A stretch of 33,692 bases of DNA, taken from positions 1 through 33,692 of the IMG/VR virus record IMGVR_UViG_3300032312_000368; one strand, written 5' to 3'. The DNA comes from a virus (taxonomy: Duplodnaviria; Caudoviricetes). Below, in pieces: positions 28,801-33,692 of this stretch. Made by a program: the position numbers and the translations under genes. The notes beneath the pieces are model-generated. The model was not told where the DNA came from and ran no database searches. It saw only the letters and a program-made list of their open reading frames with translations. Every line of letters starts with the position of its first letter. Within the stretch, counting starts at the first letter, position 1.

Positions 28801-29585
28801 TTCCTTTCGAGGTGGGTGTTTTGTTCAAGGTGATCCCTGAGCGGATCGTTGCGTTTACATTTGGCGATGACACCGGCAAAGATCTGCGTGATTCGCTGTT
28901 CCGCAACGCGATGTCCACATTTGCGTTTAACCCGATCCCTCAGACGGTGAAGCCGGTCATTGAGGCGTCGTTCAACTTCAACACGTTTACATGGCGTCCA
29001 ATCGTTGGCAAGGGCATGGAAGATGTCTCCCCCGAGTTCCAAGTCGGGCCCAGCACATCTAACGTGGCAAAACAAATTGGCGAGACATTGGGCTTGTCCC
29101 CGATGAAGGTGGATCACATCCTGAAGGGCTACACCGGCACGATGGGCATGTACGCCATCGACACCCTCGATATCGTCATGGATCAGTTTGGCGACAGCCC
29201 CAAGCCTTCCAAGCGATTTGAGCAGCTGCCAGTGATCAAACGCTTTGCGACCGACCCAGAGGCCCGTGGCTATGTGACGCAGTACTACGAGCTGAAGGAC
29301 GCAGTTGACACGACCGTCAGGACGATGAACATCCTTGAGAAGTCTGGCGAGTCAGAGAAGTACGTGGAGTACCTGACAAAGAACAGAGGAACGCTGGCCT
29401 TCCGGGATTACATCAGTGATACAGAGCGGACTATGAAAGAGCTTCGGGAAATGCGTGTAGCTATCCGCTCTTCCCAGATGACCGCTGACGAGAAGAGGGA
29501 CGCTCTTACCGAGATTACCCGTGTAGAGAGCGCCATCACCGCCAACATTCAGGAAATCAAGAAGACTATTTCAACAGTCCAATAA
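19806..29585 (+). CDS. Large polyvalent protein (3259 aa): zincin, HhH-glycosylase-like, ART-like x4 and C-terminal LPD38-like domains
   Basis: AGGAG SD; HESMH at 21675; two FK.W/F...YHG...QxKSxTGN ART-PolyVal-type repeats; PFFNARLQG...KIPIPFE...NPIP...SPMKVDH C-terminal motifs. Confidence 0.88.
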   Translation: MAKGFSLEEALGTPAQAATGFSLDEALGRQTKSTERTVGEAVKDVGAGLVSGTGALVQIPGQLYGLATGDFSKTGSLGLGEDIAKYGEEMKSAGLKAREAARAAKVQEAEKEGQFAAFKAGFGETITDPALFSSFVAEQVPNILPMLLTGGATAALTAGRASAAALAKGATKEAAAAAGKIAGAQAGTTAAIGTGAVMQGADIGAGTYDEIYDELRAKGLSDEQAASETINKARAAGATGFALSLVANRYLPGGKALEEILSGKKITGSRIGSGIATALKEIPSENIEEVGGRIAQNVAAQQAGLDRELLAGTGETAALATLGAAGIGGAAGVLAPRSSESEQAAKAASPFTQEEEAFRKQFGATEAVTAPAEEAAPEPVEPPTELPGGYVATPRELSRREVPESYGIFASGSDQPLTTVSTPEEGQKKLESLTEIRQQEQERLMAEGDKIMKPIEAARRKLEVMEATGKANTDEYVQSKALLSQQEQEADDRFSEIFAEINSYSAPLTIAPVGTRTQVDREYVVNRGDEQIGAFGSLEEAAATLRQREPEVFKQAELAAAAAEVETRRKQIEATLQPMMTKFGLGDVGLKIVDRIANDAGGSYLDSLIQVALTEDNPVQTMRHESMHALKDLDFFAPQQWNALTEQANKKWIKEYLEDQTAQVEVDGKPQEISRRDAYVDMFTKEGQKKGLEGPELDQYVQESLVEEAVADAFGAYDRGELPPSSMIAGLFKKLKNFFLNFGQALRGAGFESSEDIFQSIERGQLKSRKPKAPAAEKMSLAGAGKPLSTRKIMEQQTPVSQQDLGLKTEANRGRFNNVRDIAKALNQQTLDQLGAMDRNKLTQDESTKIAEAIADEVAYQLGTSAQTGTGLGWYSNNYPNAVKRLGKRFPELSTNKHARSVFSALVAVTSNGERVAKNIDNAIKLYAKLRSGKRLVAMGNRRPTALQSNLQVIQDLLAKHGQDFERVLRQEITVKEMNARLREMGEETDGSYLANTVVPAAAVYFGPKLGAFYANLSGSEGYLTMDLWWTRSINRMRGLLIPKATEASISKFRDMMDRPDATRDEVIAATVPLRNKYEEYGWTSELEHLAGKKEPAKKAAKEAWFKAAEEKAGDAYEQLLFEHNLEKMANTIYKNEFEMLEEAPFTATDRKFMYDAARKAQTLLRNDGIDLTLADIQAALWYYEKRLYAKLSGRKADDIGYEEAIIAQANQGSGRARPSVVFDQKPDGRDERGAEVAVSDEARGLDGEKLSIKRGVIAEVAPNPDQVSAEKWREMTPAERLNSTKAVANKTMSSVFSELGLRGYRYQFSTGKYEGEVNPNIIVEAPESATVEELDELARVLGYVLDQKAMVAFDETNKTSDSQGGFVKVVIPEGMTPDQLSELRDHIAMKVPQADGDTLRDGELVYGNFSAYNDNVDTLTDKQYHEAIIDAIESFPYEGKIRVSDPETFHSSFIAPDTRSDYLKETRYGDSRKIQGEAGADVRGQRSRRLQAISEDAIALRDRWIDARGAARLAGLRSVPTVDVGKPTATYGNAKEGSVSAVGVHFSKAPRNVIDSSFYGAGLRGAESERLDDRKNSDIRGRIYFYVDKGQGVRPEAGVGGYPHVITLNNLYDVTKDRLGIVKNNKGETEADRNSNLERNIKKAGFDGFLFNDPLQAQGYAVLIGKHAVNTKFSLRTTATPEFKQWFGSSTIVNSDGTPKVMYHGLAKDTTDFTRKTERGAPIFLTDDPKFADRFATDSYLQVADHPEKYLTKAQLEDGEKKAISAIRKDYKKDTLGKEMIASIQDGSPTPEAREYLQKEYVNMLPTGPHIMPLYVRAERPFDYENPSHIKRLKQEIALDPDTWNDIRSGSWESIEAAEIQEAIQFAGFDSFYVKEHGRKNLAVYQPNQVKSATGNIGQYSRTDNDVRYSLKNVAFPSAKEAKEAVAKTEVPSTPEFKRFIAGNQWNDADGKPMRFYHGTAQEFFEFTPAGKTGVVYLSETPEEAEVFGEIAEDRLRQQVYRALTKEEKLPFFQRIVDEKVSKGSMTEQEGAEFMRQAKRKIPEYGQFGDMESAVKAALIDLSPTRMSIMPLYARAETPFDFRNPEHVQQVVDAVQRPDAKLSEEVKQQAREIGAPTEYPDHWYRGLPGRLKQGYLTSIEQAPIQVALRKLGFDGYIARRNRTSPLAYAVYKPEQLKSITGNIGEFDREAKDIRYSLRKFDKNDLPQDKSQYVLPENTLLYHGAYKERADRIEETGGVLLSRPPIKVSGGAFDEGGLIFFGDEETAKNYAESLADPMSVQSAAKAGIERLSGKVFETATNRPYKLISRRYKMNAAEAKALNEALGLPDYKSLDAGDSLVIAAGRANDFRNSKIDRYMVEKSSGNKQEISAPWPVIFKTLGVDGYYDDFAIALTADNGIRLIGKDGKLEKFSLPTIPTQVDARIGETTFKREDKGFFERMVEAISPRSAAHFRAQYLNRYNQMSVYDKKLAEMMGGSALLADQSAESAALMSDVGAGIAASAMGFGDRNGGIPILRNGITTIDRNTKGLIASLAPLAAYGDAKVYQRYQYWAMVKRGQRLNKEGRLTGIDSSDVAFAAMLEKKHPEFVSVQKDLIAFNNGLVKYMVDTGVLSKERGQMYTKYADYVPFYRQMDGENTLGPNLFQSLAGVKPPKKLKGADVAEAPLADFLETMVRNTQSAIQAGVKNYAGQRAIKVASQVQAPGMGVTRLNTKETGPDIINVLEAGNLVSYRTPDKLLVDAVGSLNQSELPFMGILSAPADLLRNLVTKDPGFMMANLLRDSMSAWVTSGQKMTPIAGTVINFGKALTGNSPGFRALQDAGIIGGYEFSANVEQSGFKLEKDLAAKAGKKGPILLRPFTSVWDALEKGTTASDAATRSLIYERVLADTGNEAEALYRSLEVMNFHRKGSSPLIRLLTAAVPFFNARLQGLDLFYRASTGNMNSKDAAAIQRQFWARGMTMMALSAAYWFMVSDEEEYKKQEQETRDNNWIIPSIGVKIPIPFEVGVLFKVIPERIVAFTFGDDTGKDLRDSLFRNAMSTFAFNPIPQTVKPVIEASFNFNTFTWRPIVGKGMEDVSPEFQVGPSTSNVAKQIGETLGLSPMKVDHILKGYTGTMGMYAIDTLDIVMDQFGDSPKPSKRFEQLPVIKRFATDPEARGYVTQYYELKDAVDTTVRTMNILEKSGESEKYVEYLTKNRGTLAFRDYISDTERTMKELREMRVAIRSSQMTADEKRDALTEITRVESAITANIQEIKKTISTVQ

Positions 29586-29856
29586 GATTGTTGTCGAAGA
29601 GCCAGCCTATCGTTGAACGATGGGCTGTCTCCCACATGTTTACACGCTCTTGCTTGGACATCTTTGAGCCCTGATCTAGCTCTGTGTGGCATCGGTAACA
29701 CAAGGCTGCGATGCGGTAGTCGTGGGCTTTGATCCCGCGACCTTTGCCGTCAATGAGTTGGTTTGAGTGGGCCGCTACCACCGTCCCGTCTTGTATTCCA
29801 CATTGTTGACAAGGACACTCCCTCACTATCTCTAACAGCTTTTGGTTTCGATACAA
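29566..29856 (-). CDS. YbcO/DUF1364-like His-Me finger nuclease-like protein
   Basis: CQQC...VVAAH...GRGIKAHD...LCYRCH...D pattern; TTG start. Confidence 0.75.
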   Translation of the reverse strand: MYRNQKLLEIVRECPCQQCGIQDGTVVAAHSNQLIDGKGRGIKAHDYRIAALCYRCHTELDQGSKMSKQERVNMWETAHRSTIGWLFDNNLIGLLK

Positions 29857-29986
29857 CGATCTTCTCCTGCGTGGTGAATCTGTGGCCGTTGCCGCACTCT
29901 TTGCGTCTAACGATAATGCCGTCTCTTTTTCTTGTCCTTGTTTCTAGGACTTCAAATACTTTTGTTTCGCATTCCGGACATCTCAT
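29750..29986 (-). CDS. Zn-ribbon protein (NrdR N-terminus-like)
   Basis: AGGAG SD before ATG 29986; MRCPEC...VLETR...RRKECGNGHRFTTQE. Confidence 0.8.
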   Translation of the reverse strand: MRCPECETKVFEVLETRTRKRDGIIVRRKECGNGHRFTTQEKIVVSKPKAVRDSEGVSLSTMWNTRRDGGSGPLKPTH

Positions 29987-29996
29987 GTTTTTTCTC

Positions 29997-30016
29997 CTGT
30001 CCACATATTATCCACA
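29997..30016 (+). promoter_or_regulatory. Perfect DnaA-box-like 9-mer TTATCCACA (30008-30016) plus a 7/9 copy CTGTCCACA (29997-30005)
   Basis: Direct match to the canonical DnaA box in the divergent AT-rich intergenic gap; function unproven. Confidence 0.4.
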
Positions 30017-30029
30017 TTTGCGGAAATTT

Positions 30030-30058
30030 TTGAAGTAAATTTTTAATTCATAAATAAT
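30030..30058 (+). promoter_or_regulatory. Putative sigma70-type promoter TTGAAG-17bp-AATAAT
   Basis: 4/6 match at -35, 5/6 match at -10, 17-bp spacer, upstream of the + strand island. Confidence 0.45.
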
Positions 30059-30084
30059 TCACATTGGCATTGCCTAATGCGCTC

Positions 30085-30507
30085 ATGAAAGTTAAACACG
30101 TTGACGTTGACAACTTGGTTGTGGCTCAAACACTGGCACTCCTTCAAGAAGAGTGCTTGCCGGGTGACAGCCCCATCAGTGTTTCAACGGGCTTCTGGTG
30201 GATTGTTTATGATTCCAAAAACATACCGTGCGCTTTCGCTGGCCTTGTCCCTTCTACTCGGTGGGCTCGCACTGGCTACCTGTGCCGCGCCGGAGTCTTG
30301 CCCAGCCATCGTGGACGTGGCACACAAAAAAGGCTGATCCGCGCCCGGGTGCGGCAAGCTCGAAAGCTTGGGTGGGAGTGGCTGATCACCGATACATACG
30401 ATAACCCTGCCTCGGCAAACTCACTCATTGCCTGCGGGTTCAAGATGTTTAAACCCACCGTTCCTTGGGGCGCTGAAGGAACTCTTTACTGGAGATTGAG
30501 GTTATGA
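30085..30507 (+). CDS. GNAT family N-acetyltransferase
   Basis: GVLPSHRGRGTQKRL acetyl-CoA motif A and NPASANSLIACGF motif B; start uncertain (ATG 30085 or TTG 30064). Confidence 0.88.
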   Translation: MKVKHVDVDNLVVAQTLALLQEECLPGDSPISVSTGFWWIVYDSKNIPCAFAGLVPSTRWARTGYLCRAGVLPSHRGRGTQKRLIRARVRQARKLGWEWLITDTYDNPASANSLIACGFKMFKPTVPWGAEGTLYWRLRL

Positions 30508-31685
30508 ACTTCGACAAGACGATAATCAGCTTTGCAACGGTAAGAGATCTTGAGTACATCGAGGCACTTCAGAAGTTTGGTGGCTACAGGCAAGCCGCAA
30601 AAGTTTTGGGAATAAATCACAAGACCATCCACGGAGCAATTTCAAGGCTGATTCATCGAGCCACGTTAAGGGGATACAGCCCCGAACACGACATGACCCG
30701 CACGGTCCCGGATGGGTTTAGGGTCAAGGGCGTATCAACATACTACAACGTCGATGGCAAACCGATTGGTCAGTGGGTAAAGTCCAGCGCAGACCAACAA
30801 AGACAGCAAGAGATTCAGGCAGAGGCCCTGCAAGCCCTCAAGGAAGAGTTGCCAAAGGTGGACATGCCCCCACCCGCAGAGATGCACAGAAACGACGATC
30901 TCATGAACGTCTACGTGATCACTGACTATCACATCGGCATGATGGCAGACCAAGACGAAACCGGCGGCGCAGACTGGGATACAAAAAAGTCCGAGCAATT
31001 GTTTGTCAACTGGTTCGCAACTGCGGCGCAGCTGGCCCCGAACAGCAAGGTGGGTGTACTTTGCAACCTCGGCGACCTGCTCCACGCAGACGGCATGATT
31101 CCGGAGACACCGCACAGCAAGCATGTCTTGGACGTTGATACCCGCTTCCAGAAGGTTGTGCGCATTGCGATACGCATGATCCGCCGAGCGATCGAGATAC
31201 TCTCCCAGAAGCACGAGCACCTTCACATCATCATGGCGGACGCCAACCATGACCCAGCTTCAGGTGCGTGGCTGCGAGAACTTTTGCATTCAATGTATGA
31301 CCATAATCCACACATTTCTGTTGATACGTCTATGGATACGTACTACTGTGTTCCCCACGGGAAGACGCTTGTTTTCTTCCACCACGGCCACCGTAAGAAA
31401 ATTGAAAAGATCGACGATGTCTTTGTTGCTAAGTTCAGACGCGAGTACGGTGCAGCTGATTTTTGCTATGCTCATTTGGGGCATCTGCATCATGACCGCT
31501 CTCTTGAGACAAACTTGATGACGCTTGAGCGCCACAGGACGCTGGCCCCGGCTGATGCTTACGCATCAAAGTCTGGTTATATCTCAGGACGAGATGCCAA
31601 GGTAATTACTTATTCAAAGAAATTCGGTGAAGTTGGACGTTTAGTTATAAGTCCGGACATGGTTCGGGAAGAGTCATCAAACTAG
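30504..31685 (+). CDS. Calcineurin-like metallophosphoesterase with N-terminal HTH
   Basis: DYH, GDLLH, ANHD, HHGH, GHLHH motifs; N-terminal YRQAAKVLGINHKTI helix-turn-helix; ATGA-coupled to the GNAT. Confidence 0.85.
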   Translation: MNFDKTIISFATVRDLEYIEALQKFGGYRQAAKVLGINHKTIHGAISRLIHRATLRGYSPEHDMTRTVPDGFRVKGVSTYYNVDGKPIGQWVKSSADQQRQQEIQAEALQALKEELPKVDMPPPAEMHRNDDLMNVYVITDYHIGMMADQDETGGADWDTKKSEQLFVNWFATAAQLAPNSKVGVLCNLGDLLHADGMIPETPHSKHVLDVDTRFQKVVRIAIRMIRRAIEILSQKHEHLHIIMADANHDPASGAWLRELLHSMYDHNPHISVDTSMDTYYCVPHGKTLVFFHHGHRKKIEKIDDVFVAKFRREYGAADFCYAHLGHLHHDRSLETNLMTLERHRTLAPADAYASKSGYISGRDAKVITYSKKFGEVGRLVISPDMVREESSN

Positions 31686-31745
31686 AGCAAATCTGTGGCA
31701 GACTTTATTTGTCTGGCGGTCAGACACTTAACAAAGGGGTTTTCC

Positions 31746-32018
31746 ATGTACAAAGTTGAAATTGACATTTCCGGTTGGGGTGATTCCGACAAGGTCACCA
31801 TCGAAACAACTGACTTCGAGAAGGTTCAGATTTTGCAAGAGTTCGTTGAGATGCAAGTCGAAAACGGCTGGGCCGCTGATTACGAAATCATGATGGACGA
31901 TGACGAAGAGTTTGAAGACGATGAGGAGCCATCCACCGTTTCAACGCATGTCATCACCAGCATCGATGACAATGACCCATCCAGCATTTCGACCGTCGTT
32001 GTAAAATTCGAAGACTGA
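31746..32018 (+). CDS. Small highly acidic protein (90 aa)
   Basis: AAAGGGG SD before ATG 31746; 27 Asp/Glu, 4 Lys, no Arg. Confidence 0.8.
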   Translation: MYKVEIDISGWGDSDKVTIETTDFEKVQILQEFVEMQVENGWAADYEIMMDDDEEFEDDEEPSTVSTHVITSIDDNDPSSISTVVVKFED

Positions 32019-32032
32019 TCGCTAAGCTGTTT

Positions 32033-32068
32033 AAACGGGCAACATCCTTTGAGGGCGTTGCCCGTTTT
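32033..32068. terminator. Intrinsic terminator, probably bidirectional
   Basis: AAACGGGCAAC (32033-43) pairs with GTTGCCCGTTT (32057-67); lies between convergent stops. Confidence 0.8.
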
Positions 32069-32247
32069 CACGTGTTCTTCTGCTTATTCAAGTACCACTT
32101 CCACCTGCGCTTCTTGGCAATAAGCAACAGCGTTTTCTTGACGTACTCTTCAAGCGGTATACCCATCTTTCTGACTATCGCAACCTGAGCTGCCGTCAAA
32201 ATAATCTTGCCAACCCTGTCTTGTCCGCGAACTTTTCTCACAAACAT
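32068..32247 (-). CDS. 59-aa basic protein (MFVRKVRG...ILTAAQVAIVRKMGIPLEEYVKK...), not in the ORF track
   Basis: Hand translation; overlaps the upstream gene end and stops at the terminator. Confidence 0.7.
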   Translation of the reverse strand: MFVRKVRGQDRVGKIILTAAQVAIVRKMGIPLEEYVKKTLLLIAKKRRWKWYLNKQKNT

Positions 32248-32627
32248 TTCTCGCCCTTGTTTGCTTCGTTCTTCTCCTTGAGTTTTGCTTCTGTTGCTCT
32301 GGCAACTGCGTGCAGGTCATCGTAGTAGTACGCACCGGACAAGTCTGTGACCTCAACCATGCCGTCAATCTCCTCATCCGTCAGCCCAACCCATTGCCGC
32401 TTTGACATTGCGTTAACTGCCTTGTCAACGCTGGACTGCGCTTGACGTTGCATCCCATCAATAAAACCACGCTCGTACTCCTGCTGTGCTGCGGGTGGGG
32501 TACAGGTGTGGATGCCGCTACCAAGCCGCTTACCGCATCGTTCGCAGAAGTTGCGCTCCTGCACAGTTTCTTTACGCATACCAGCCTCACGCTCGATGCG
32601 GTTAAATTCTTCGTCTTCTTCAGTCAT
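32238..32627 (-). CDS. Mosaic hypothetical phage protein (CERC...HTC; WVGLTDEE...EAKLKEKN)
   Basis: ATG 32627 in an ATGA overlap; short modules of a kind common in phage small genes. Confidence 0.75.
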   Translation of the reverse strand: MTEEDEEFNRIEREAGMRKETVQERNFCERCGKRLGSGIHTCTPPAAQQEYERGFIDGMQRQAQSSVDKAVNAMSKRQWVGLTDEEIDGMVEVTDLSGAYYYDDLHAVARATEAKLKEKNEANKGEKCL

Positions 32628-32764
32628 TTCTTTTCCCTCAAACAAGTGCAGGTGTACCCACTTGCGTCATAGCCGCAGCCATAGCAGTAGGGGCAGTGCT
32701 CATCAGTCTTGGCCGGTGGCACAGTGGCGAACCAGCTCTTGATGTAGTTGATGATGGCGTTCAT
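32624..32764 (-). CDS. 46-aa Cys-rich protein (CPYCYGCG...CTC), not in the ORF track
   Basis: ATGA overlaps at both ends; CxxCxGxG zinc-finger-like motif. Confidence 0.7.
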   Translation of the reverse strand: MNAIINYIKSWFATVPPAKTDEHCPYCYGCGYDASGYTCTCLREKK

Positions 32765-32997
32765 GTGTTCCCTCTTGCTCGGATGGCGGTGGCGCAGTCT
32801 CTTGGGCCACTTGCTGAGTCGGCCTCGTCATCCCATCGCCATGCGTCGTGCTTGTCATCACACACCCTTGCGCACTCCTCACGCTCCGCTTGTATGGCCC
32901 GTTGCCACGCACGCAAGAACACATCCAGCTCCTCACGGGTTGGCTCCCCCAACATTTCTGTGATCTCCAGCCACGCCTGTTTCATTGCTTCGTTCAT
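32761..32997 (-). CDS. Hypothetical phage protein (AEREECARVC...CATAIRARG)
   Basis: AAAGGAG SD before ATG 32997. Confidence 0.75.
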   Translation of the reverse strand: MNEAMKQAWLEITEMLGEPTREELDVFLRAWQRAIQAEREECARVCDDKHDAWRWDDEADSASGPRDCATAIRARGNT

Positions 32998-33026
32998 GCT
33001 CTCTCCTTTTAGGTATGTTCGTACCC

Positions 33027-33245
33027 TTATTGGGTACACAAAACTTCGGCCTGTGTCTCAATCCACACCCTCGCACCGCAGGACAAGGGCTTCTCTGAAT
33101 AGACCACCTTGCTCGGGCCTTTGATCTCCACCTCGTGGGCATACGTGTTGGTCTTGTAGGTCTTGACCGTCAGCGCCGGGTCGTTCGTGCCGTTCTTCGC
33201 GTTGGCCCTGATGACATGCTGGTTGACGTGGATGATTGTTTTCAT
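33027..33245 (-). CDS. Hypothetical phage protein (IHVNQH...PLSCGARVWIET)
   Basis: GAGG SD; compact beta-rich ORF. Confidence 0.8.
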   Translation of the reverse strand: MKTIIHVNQHVIRANAKNGTNDPALTVKTYKTNTYAHEVEIKGPSKVVYSEKPLSCGARVWIETQAEVLCTQ

Positions 33246-33258
33246 GCTTTCCTCGTGC

Positions 33259-33570
33259 TCATGTCTTCCCCTTCGGAATTTCGTGCTTGTTAAGTTCCGG
33301 CTTTACAGATGACTTGGCGCGGCTGTAGATGCCAAACTGTTTAAACGCAATTAAGGCTTCTTCTTTCTCCTTGGTCGTTGTGCCAAGTCGATGAATTGTT
33401 CCGGGCATCTTGCCCATTCTGCGCTGTGCCTCAACGGTGGCGGAGGAAATCTCAGACCCTCCGCGCCCGTCCTTGCCCTTGGCTCGAAAGGTGTGGTCTT
33501 GCATGAACATACTGGGGCGCGAGTCCGTGTGCCACAGAAAGGGAGAGTTTGGGTGGCATTTGCAGGTCAT
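33259..33570 (-). CDS. Hypothetical protein (MTCKCHPNSPF...)
   Basis: GGGGGG SD-like sequence; fills the gap in the - strand array. Confidence 0.65.
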   Translation of the reverse strand: MTCKCHPNSPFLWHTDSRPSMFMQDHTFRAKGKDGRGGSEISSATVEAQRRMGKMPGTIHRLGTTTKEKEEALIAFKQFGIYSRAKSSVKPELNKHEIPKGKT

Positions 33571-33692
33571 TGATCCCCCCTAGCGATTGACTCATGCACC
33601 TTCTTTTGCGCCTCCAAGCCATCCTCTTACCCTGCGCCGAAGGCCATCTCCTGCGACTCAATCAGATGGCGGATAAGACCAAGCGACTCCTC
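33567..33692 (-). pseudogene. 3' part of a gene interrupted by an in-frame TAA (33627-33629)
   Basis: ...AFGAG*EDGLEAQKKVHESIARGDQ* ends in an ATGA overlap with the next gene. Confidence 0.45.

Larger units (their letters stand above)
1..33692. mobile_element. Tailed dsDNA phage genome segment (podovirus-like virion morphogenesis and ejection module plus small-gene block)
   Basis: Co-oriented, translationally coupled tail fibre, S74 chaperone, holin, GH19 endolysin, nozzle-like, ejection-like and large polyvalent genes; no cellular housekeeping genes and no integrase in the window. Confidence 0.95.

Noticed and set aside
31686-31745. Short inverted repeats (CAGAC/GTCTG) before the acidic gene as an ncRNA or operator
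   Set aside because: Stems are only about 5 bp, too weak to support a call
1-33692. Stop-codon reassignment
   Set aside because: Genes are intact under the standard code; TAA, TGA and TAG (31683-31685) all act as stops, and only one suspicious internal TAA was seen
1-33692. tRNA, rRNA or CRISPR array
   Set aside because: Intergenic gaps are almost all very short, and I saw no cloverleaf or regularly spaced repeat-spacer pattern

Overview
The window is a gene-dense piece of a tailed dsDNA phage genome with podovirus-like morphogenesis logic. Nucleotides 1-29585 form one + strand late operon with tightly coupled genes: small basic proteins, two adaptor-like genes, tail fibres (an S74 chaperone fibre and a gp38-like polyglycine adhesin), a holin/GH19 lysis cassette, a nozzle-like protein, a GNAT-like protein, putative ejection proteins and a 3259-aa large polyvalent protein. 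After 29566 a - strand block of small genes is interrupted by a + strand island encoding a GNAT, a metallophosphoesterase and an acidic protein. I saw no terminase, portal, major capsid, integrase, tRNA, rRNA or CRISPR array. A Gram-negative, possibly betaproteobacterial, host is inference only. Two unexplained short peptide motifs stand out. (1) A [FYML]-(A)-x-G-G motif occurs 13 times in 6 otherwise unrelated late proteins, next to a tape-measure-like GPG..SDSIPA..GEFV domain; it may be a maturation-cleavage or cargo-sorting signal. (2) A [KR]-[FYML]-S-[LI] linker marks most domain boundaries of the giant protein, which carries its own zincin protease motif plus glycosylase-like, SAM-lyase-like and four ADP-ribosyltransferase-like modules. 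All family assignments come from motif recognition by eye; no database search was run.
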